64,000 bases of DNA from an uncultured delta proteobacterium. Its GTDB lineage: Bacteria > Myxococcota > Kuafuiibacteriia > Kuafuiibacteriales > Kuafuiibacteriaceae. The notes beneath the pieces were generated by a model. The model had not been told where the DNA came from, did not search any database, and saw only the letters and a program-made list of their open reading frames with translations. Location: the NCBI GenBank assembly GCA_963803435.1, contig CAWDML010000001.1, positions 1,248,001 through 1,312,000 of the forward strand, read 5' to 3'. This document shows, piece after piece, positions 58,575 through 64,000 of this stretch. Position 1 is the stretch's first letter. Every line of letters begins with the position of its first letter. The position numbers and the translations under genes are program-made.

Positions 58575-59345
58575 GCGGCATGGTCATCACCAAAAACGAG
58601 GCCAAGCGGATTCGGCGCTTGCCTCGACTCACTCGGGTTCTGCGACGACATCGTGGTGATCGACTCGGGCTCCACGGACGGGACCGCCGACATCGCGCGG
58701 GCCAAGGGCGCACGCGTGTTCGAGCGGCCGTTCACCGGGATGAACGATCAGAAGGACTTCGGCCGCGCCCAGGCCGAGGGGGAGTGGGTGTTGAACCTGG
58801 ACGGCGACGAGGTGGTGACGCCCGAGCTCCGCGACGAGATCCGCGCGCTCCTCGAGCGCGGCCCGGACGCCGCCGCCTACCGCATCCCCTTCCGCAACCA
58901 CTTCCGCGACGCCTGGGTCCGCCGCTGCGGTTACTACCCCGACCCGCACGTCCGCCTGGTGGCCCGAGATCGAGCCCGCTGGGACGCGTCGGTCCCCGCG
59001 CACGATCACGTCGTCGTCGAGGGCTCCACCGGCACGCTCCACGGGCACATCGATCACTTCTCCTTCGAATCGATGGACCACTACCTCCGGAAGTCCGCCG
59101 GGTACGCGGACGCCTTCGCCCGCGACGCGCTCGCCCGCGGCCGACGTTCGGGCCCCGTCACCATCTTGGTGCACACGGTCTTCCGCTTCTTCAAGGCGTA
59201 CGTACTCAAGGCCGGCTTTCTGGAGGGAACGTTGGGGCTCACGATTGCCGGGCTCCAGGCGATCCAGGCTTTTCAGAAGTACGTGCGGCTCTGGGAGCTC
59301 GAGACCTCGAAGCCGGGCGACGAGCCGCGTACGAAGCGGGACTAG
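58562..59345 (+). CDS. Glycosyltransferase family 2 (WaaE/KdtX-like; +1 frameshift at ~58620)
   Basis: ITKNEA.RI..CLDSL, VIDSGSTDGT, WVLNLDGDE, YPD...RL, GFLEG. Confidence 0.9.
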
Positions 59346-60527
59346 TCAGCCGGGTCCGAAATCTCTAGCGTGTAGATCCTTTGTGTGATCTACGTGGTTC
59401 GTGGGGGCGAACAAAGGACCTCGAAAAACGGAGATCACGCTGACTGACGACGAACAGCGCGAGCTCGAACGATTGACTCGTCGCGTGCGGTCGAATCGAC
59501 AGCTGGCACTTCGCGCGAAACTGGTGCTGAGCAGTTCCACTGGCGCGACCGATGCGGCGGTGGCGCGGAACCATCACGTGTCTCACCACACCGTTCGTCT
59601 GTGGAGAAGGCGGTTTGCGGAGTGCCGTCTCGAGGGGCTGTACGACCAGCCTCGCGTCGGCGCTCCGCGAAAGATCAGTGATGATCAGGTTGAAGAGATC
59701 GTGGTGCAAACGCTGGAAACGACGCCGAAGGGCCGTACGCATTGGAGCACGCGGAAGATGGCAAAGAATGCCGGGGTGAGCGCCAGTAGCGTCGGACGGA
59801 TCTGGCGGGCGCATGGCCTCAAGCCCCACGTCGTTCGCGGTTTCAAGTTGTCGAACGATCCGCAGTTCATCTCGAAGATTCGCGACGTCGTCGGTCTGTA
59901 CATGAGCCCGCCCGACAACGCTGTCGTGTTCTCCTTCGACGAGAAGCCGCAGGTCCAGGCGCTGGAGCGTGCTCAACCGATCCTTCCGATGGATCTCGGG
60001 ATGCCCGAGCGACAGACCCACAACTACATCCGCCACGGAACGCTCGACCTCTTCGCCGCCCTCAACGTCGCCACGGGCAAGGTCATCGCGCAGACCAAGG
60101 CACGACACCGAGCGAAGGACTTCGTCGCATTCCTCGGGACGATCGACAACGCGGTAGAGCCGGAACTTGACGTTCACGTCATCCTCGACAACCTCGCGAC
60201 GCACAAGACTCCACAGGTTAAGAGGTGGCTGCTACGCAATCCGCGCTTCCAGCTCCACTTCACACCAACCTATTCCTCATGGCTAAACCTGGTGGAACGG
60301 TTCTTCGCACTGCTGACCGAGGAAGCACTCACTCGCGGCTCCCACACCAGCGTCCCGGTACTTCGCAAGGCGATCGTCGATGACGTCGAAGTGCACAACG
60401 AAGAAGGCAAGCCCTTCGTATGGACGAAGACGGCCGACGAGATCCTCGACAAGATCATGGATTTCGGCAGACGCACAAAGCAGGTCCACCGCGGATAAAT
60501 GCGCTAGAAATCAGTGATCCAGCTGAC
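59345..60527 (+). mobile_element. IS630-family insertion sequence
   Basis: Imperfect terminal IRs GTCAGCCGGGTCCGAAATCTCTAGCG / GTCAGCTGGATCACTGATTTCTAGCG; TA duplicated at 59343-59344 and 60528-60529 within a CTAG target. Confidence 0.93.
59401..60498 (+). CDS. IS630 family transposase, apparently intact
   Basis: HTH (WRRRF, HWSTRKMA), FDEKPQVQALER, YIRHGT, ILDNLATHK, HFTPTYSSWLNLVERFF (DDE triad). Confidence 0.96.
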   Translation: MGANKGPRKTEITLTDDEQRELERLTRRVRSNRQLALRAKLVLSSSTGATDAAVARNHHVSHHTVRLWRRRFAECRLEGLYDQPRVGAPRKISDDQVEEIVVQTLETTPKGRTHWSTRKMAKNAGVSASSVGRIWRAHGLKPHVVRGFKLSNDPQFISKIRDVVGLYMSPPDNAVVFSFDEKPQVQALERAQPILPMDLGMPERQTHNYIRHGTLDLFAALNVATGKVIAQTKARHRAKDFVAFLGTIDNAVEPELDVHVILDNLATHKTPQVKRWLLRNPRFQLHFTPTYSSWLNLVERFFALLTEEALTRGSHTSVPVLRKAIVDDVEVHNEEGKPFVWTKTADEILDKIMDFGRRTKQVHRG

Positions 60528-60562
60528 TAGGAGCGTGTAGCGCGTACGCGCTCACGCGACCC

Positions 60563-60595
60563 CGTCCGGGTCCCGGTCCCGGTCCGGGTCCCGAT
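60563..60595 (+). repeat. GGTCCC/GGTCCG hexamer tandem repeat (left arm)
   Basis: CGTCCGGGTCCCGGTCCCGGTCCGGGTCCCGAT. Confidence 0.9.
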
Positions 60596-60615
60596 TTGAA
60601 GATGGCTGCCTTGAG

Positions 60616-61047
60616 TCAGACGCTCGCGACGGTCGCGAGCTTCGATCGGTAGAGCTTGAGCAGGTTGTGGGTGAGGCAGACGAGCGTCCACTCGGCTCGT
60701 ACCTTGAAGAAGGAGCGTAGCGAGAACCGGCGGAATCCTCGTGCCGCTTTGATCTGTCCGAGCGCCGGTTCGACGATACTCTTCCTGCGGGGGTAGACCG
60801 CCTTGCCGTCGCGCGTTTGCAACTTGTCTCGCATTCGCTTGCGAGCGAGCGAGGCAGGTGTGGGCTCCGAAGCTGATGAGGACGGAGGGTCCTTGGACTG
60901 GATCGAGATCTCAATCGCGCTCAGCTCTACCTCATCGACGACGTCCAAGACGAAGTACGCGAGATGATTTTCTGGGAGCCACTCGAGAGGGGACGGCGGG
61001 AGCAAGAACGATTGTCTCGGAGTCCAAGAACGGTATTGCTTCGCCAC
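60616..61047 (-). pseudogene. Internally deleted IS1182-family transposase
   Basis: N-terminus QSFLLPPSPLEWLPENHLAYFVLDVV joined in frame at ~60885 to C-terminus RMRDKLQT..GKAVY.RRKSIVEPALGQIK..RGFRRFSLR...EWTLVCLTHNLLKL; only 143 aa. Confidence 0.9.
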
Positions 61048-61057
61048 GAAACCATGG

Positions 61058-61239
61058 GAGGCTCGCTTCTACCGGATGGCACTTCGCTCTGGCACCGAAA
61101 GCGCCGCCTCACTCCACACCTGCTTGAGGCGCCGACTCGCCAACGAGCAGAAGTCCAAGCCGCCAGAGCCAAGCTCAAGCGCGTTGTCGAGATGCTCACG
61201 CGCCTCATCAAGTCGATGAACGCACGCCGGGCTGCATGA
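61058..61239 (+). pseudogene. C-terminal half of a four-helix-bundle (23S rRNA IVS/Avd-like) protein gene
   Basis: EARFYRMALRSGTESAASLHTCLRRRLANE then, after a 1-nt shift at ~61146, AEVQAARAKLKRVVEMLTRLIKSM...*; matches the family pattern RFY.MA.RS..E.AA.LD....RIV.MLT.L. Confidence 0.75.
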
Positions 61240-61244
61240 TTGCC

Positions 61245-61286
61245 ATCGGGACCGGGACCGGGACCGGGACCGGGACCCGGACCGGG
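61245..61286 (+). repeat. GGGACC hexamer tandem repeat (right arm, inverted relative to the left arm)
   Basis: ATCGGGACCGGGACCGGGACCGGGACCGGGACCCGGACCGGG. Confidence 0.9.
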
Positions 61287-61315
61287 CTCGCGGTAGCGCT
61301 ACGCGCTACACGCTC

Positions 61316-64000
61316 CTAGAAGCACCTCGGTTGGTAGCGGACCGTCACCTCGCTCCCCGGACCCGGGCGGACCAGCGGGGAGAGATCGATCCGGGCGGCA
61401 GGCGCGTCGAACGCGAAGTACGCGGGCGCGATCGGCGCGCCGTCCACGAACACCTCCAGGGTGTCCTCGACCGGGGCACCGGAGAGAAGGATCGCGCGGC
61501 GTCCGCCGAGGGACTCGCCGAGGAGCGAGAGGTTGGACGGGGACAGATTGAGCGCGGCGCCGCCCGAGAGGCTCGCGAGCTCGTGGAGCCGCGCGGCGGC
61601 GGCGCCGGTGAGAACGGCGGCGGTGAACAGGTTGGGATCGCGCTTCAGCGAGCGGAAGTACGAGAGCCAGTGGTCGGTGGGGCTCGGAGACGCGTCGTCT
61701 TCCACGGAGACGAACACCAGGAGGAGCGAGGCGTCGGGGCGGACCAGGCCGGCGTTCCAGGCGGTGAGAAGCGGGTTTGAGAGCGCGAGGTAGGCGGCCG
61801 CGAAGGGCGTGGGGGGCTCGAGGCTGACCGGGAGGGCGGCGGCCAGGGCGGCGAACGCCGCCGATGGGGAGGGCTGCGTGTCTGCGGAGAGGAGGCGCCA
61901 GCTCGGATCACCGGCGTTGGAGAGATAGCCGCACGCCCCGCTGGTGGTGGAGGTCTCGGGGAGGCCCGAGGGCGGGCTGGGACAGCCGTTGGCGAGCGAG
62001 TCGGCCGTGACGAGGCCGGCACGCCAATCGACTCCGGCGGCCTCCGCAGCCGCGATGAACGCGGGGAAGGCGGCGCCGATCTCGGACCCAGGGATCGCGG
62101 GATCGGTGTCGATCACGAAGAGCACGTCGGCCGACCGCGGGATCGTGAAGTGTTCCTCGGCGCTGCCGGACGGCGGCGCGCTCAGCTCGACGACCAGCGG
62201 CGTGGTCGTGCCCCGTGCGCGGATCTCCAGGCGTGCGAGACCGCCCAGCTCGCCTCGGTGCGCCACCTCGATCCGGGTCCTCTCGCCGGGCCCGAGGACC
62301 AGCTGAGGCTTCAGAGTGACGAGCTCGAACGACGGGTCGCCCACCAGATCGATCCGGTCGACCTCGATCGGATCGAGGCCGGCGTCGAAGAGATCGATCG
62401 GGCGTGCCGCGGAGGCGCACCCGGGAGTGGCGGGACCAAAGTGGAGCGACTGCGGGTTCGCGACCAGGCCCAGCGTCGCCCCGACGGCGGACAGCGCCGC
62501 TTGCGGTGGGGGGCCGGCGGAGGAGGCGTAGAATGCAAGGTGGCCTGCGATGTCACCGTCGTCCGGAGGGCGGAGCTCGACCTGTACCGAGAGCACGCCC
62601 CCCGGCGGCACGAGCGCCTCTCCCACGGCTCCGACCACCGAGAACGGCGAGGTGGCCTCGAAGTCCTTGAACAGGCAGTCGGCCGCCCCCGTATTGCGAA
62701 CCCTGAACGTGCGGCGGGCGGAGCGCGGCCGTTCGATCGTCCCGAAGTCCAGGCTCGGATCGAACGAGTGATCGCACTGCGGAAGCTCGACGCCCTCGCC
62801 CTCCAGGATCGACGTCGAGCGCGGTCAATCCGGATCGTTGCTCTCGATGGCCAGGGCGGCGCGCGCCACTCCGCCGAGCGCGGGCTCGAACCCGAGCGTG
62901 AGCTCCACGCTGCCACCCGCCGCGATCGTGAGCGGGCCGGCGTCCTCGACGGTGAACGGTGCGGTCGCCTCCACCCGAATCCGGAGCGGGCTGCTGCCCG
63001 TGTTCGAGACCGCGGCGCGGCGCCGGCCGTGGGTCCCGAGGGCGATCCGCCCGAAGTCGATCCTCAGCGGCTCCACGTGGATCGAGGCCTGGCTCGCCTC
63101 ACCCCGGAGCGGCACGGAGATGGGGAGATAGACGGCGACCTCCTCCACCGGCGCGCTCGCCAGCTCGAGCGCGCTGGAGCTCGTCCCCAGGGCCGGCGGC
63201 GAGAACGAGACCTCGAGCCGGCGGAGCTCCCCGGGGCCGAGCGCGTTCGGGTCGCTCGGCGGGGTCGCGAACGCTTCGTCCGCACCGCCGGGGATCGTGC
63301 TCGTCACGAGGATCGGACCCTCCGCACGATTGAGGCAGTCGATCGCGACGGTCCGCGCGTCTCCCGGACGCACGGCCCCGAAGTCGATCGACGCGGGGGA
63401 GCAGGCCAGCGCGCTCGCCTCTGCGGAGGCGCTCATCGGGAGCGACACCGCGCACTCCGGCCGATCGCAGGCGGCCACCGTGACGATCGCACGATCGGCG
63501 GGGGCGGCGGGATCGCGCGTCCGGTGGTAGACGAGCTCGAGCTCCGCCGACTCGCCGGCGAGCAGCGCACGACCCCCGAGGAGCGCACCCTCACCGGTCG
63601 CTCCCCCGGTGAGCTCGAAGCGCCCTCGCCCGCCGAGCTGATCGATCACCGGAGCACCGCGGACGTCGAGCGCCACCTGGAGGATCACGGGCCGCTCCAG
63701 GAGATTCGTGACCTTCACGGCCCTTGCTCGGGAGCCGCCGAGCGGAACGACGCCGAAGTCCAGGCGATCGGGGGCGAACCGCAGCGCGGGCGCGAGCGTG
63801 CGACCGCGCAGGGCCACCTCGGCGTCGCGCCCGTCGGTCTCGATCACGAAGGACGAGCGCACCGGCTCGGCGAGCGCCTGGCGGGGCAGAAACGTGACCT
63901 TGGCGATGATCGTCTGCCCCGCCGCGAGACGCTGCGGCACCAGATCGATCCCGAAGGCATAGGCGGCGGCGGTGAAATCGTTCGCGAGCGTGACCCCCGT
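61316..64000 (-). CDS. Large Ig-like (ASH/choice-of-anchor D) repeat protein with C-terminal vWA-like domain; in-frame TGA at 62825-62827; 5' end outside the window
   Basis: Repeated P..LDFG.V..G...N modules and SNDPD; ADVLFVID...VSVEDDAS vWA-like region; ORFs 62825..63940 and 61316..62638 are in the same frame, separated only by one TGA. Confidence 0.82.

Larger units (their letters stand above)
60531..61315. mobile_element. Non-autonomous IS1182-type element (785 bp) with long hexamer-containing inverted ends
   Basis: Perfect 16-bp IR GAGCGTGTAGCGCGTA (60531-60546 / 61300-61315) extended imperfectly to ~65-70 bp; flanked by CTAG on both sides; contains an IS1182 transposase remnant. Confidence 0.85.

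Noticed and set aside
61058-61239. Diversity-generating retroelement (Avd-like fragment plus intron-like RNA in the window)
   Set aside because: No reverse transcriptase and no template/variable repeat pair was seen; the two features are 43 kb apart
60563-61286. CRISPR array or REP cluster
   Set aside because: These are tandem hexamers without spacers, forming the arms of one element; no cas genes are present

Overview
GC-rich bacterial chromosomal segment that looks myxobacterial (Myxococcota). The basis is Myxococcus-type Cys-rich repeats, a MYXO-CTERM tail, an FHA-sigma54 activator, a TSP3/OmpA protein and a myxobacterial-type gspC-N operon. Most genes are housekeeping or envelope genes: serA, dusB, a ferredoxin, glmU-glmS, two large tandem Ig/PPC/Cys-rich lipoproteins, SRAP, a type II secretion operon with an extra pseudopilin-like gene, aceK, a hybrid kinase, ilvC, mltG and glycosyltransferases. 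Six genes, including essential glmS, carry single-base indels that look like long-read errors, and these create two false fusions in the ORF track. The most unusual features are not in the ORF track. (1) An orphan group II intron domain I (17925-18334, minus) has an EBS1 that still pairs with its 5' flank and is fused to the decapitated 3' end of a MYXO-CTERM gene. (2) An intact IS630 and a 785-bp IS1182-type element both sit in one CTAG that was the shared stop codon of two convergent genes. The second element has long GGTCCC-hexamer inverted ends, an internally deleted transposase and half of a four-helix-bundle gene. (3) An enolase-superfamily protein has lost essentially all catalytic residues. 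No rRNA, tRNA or CRISPR array was seen. All family calls come from motif recognition by eye; no searches were run.
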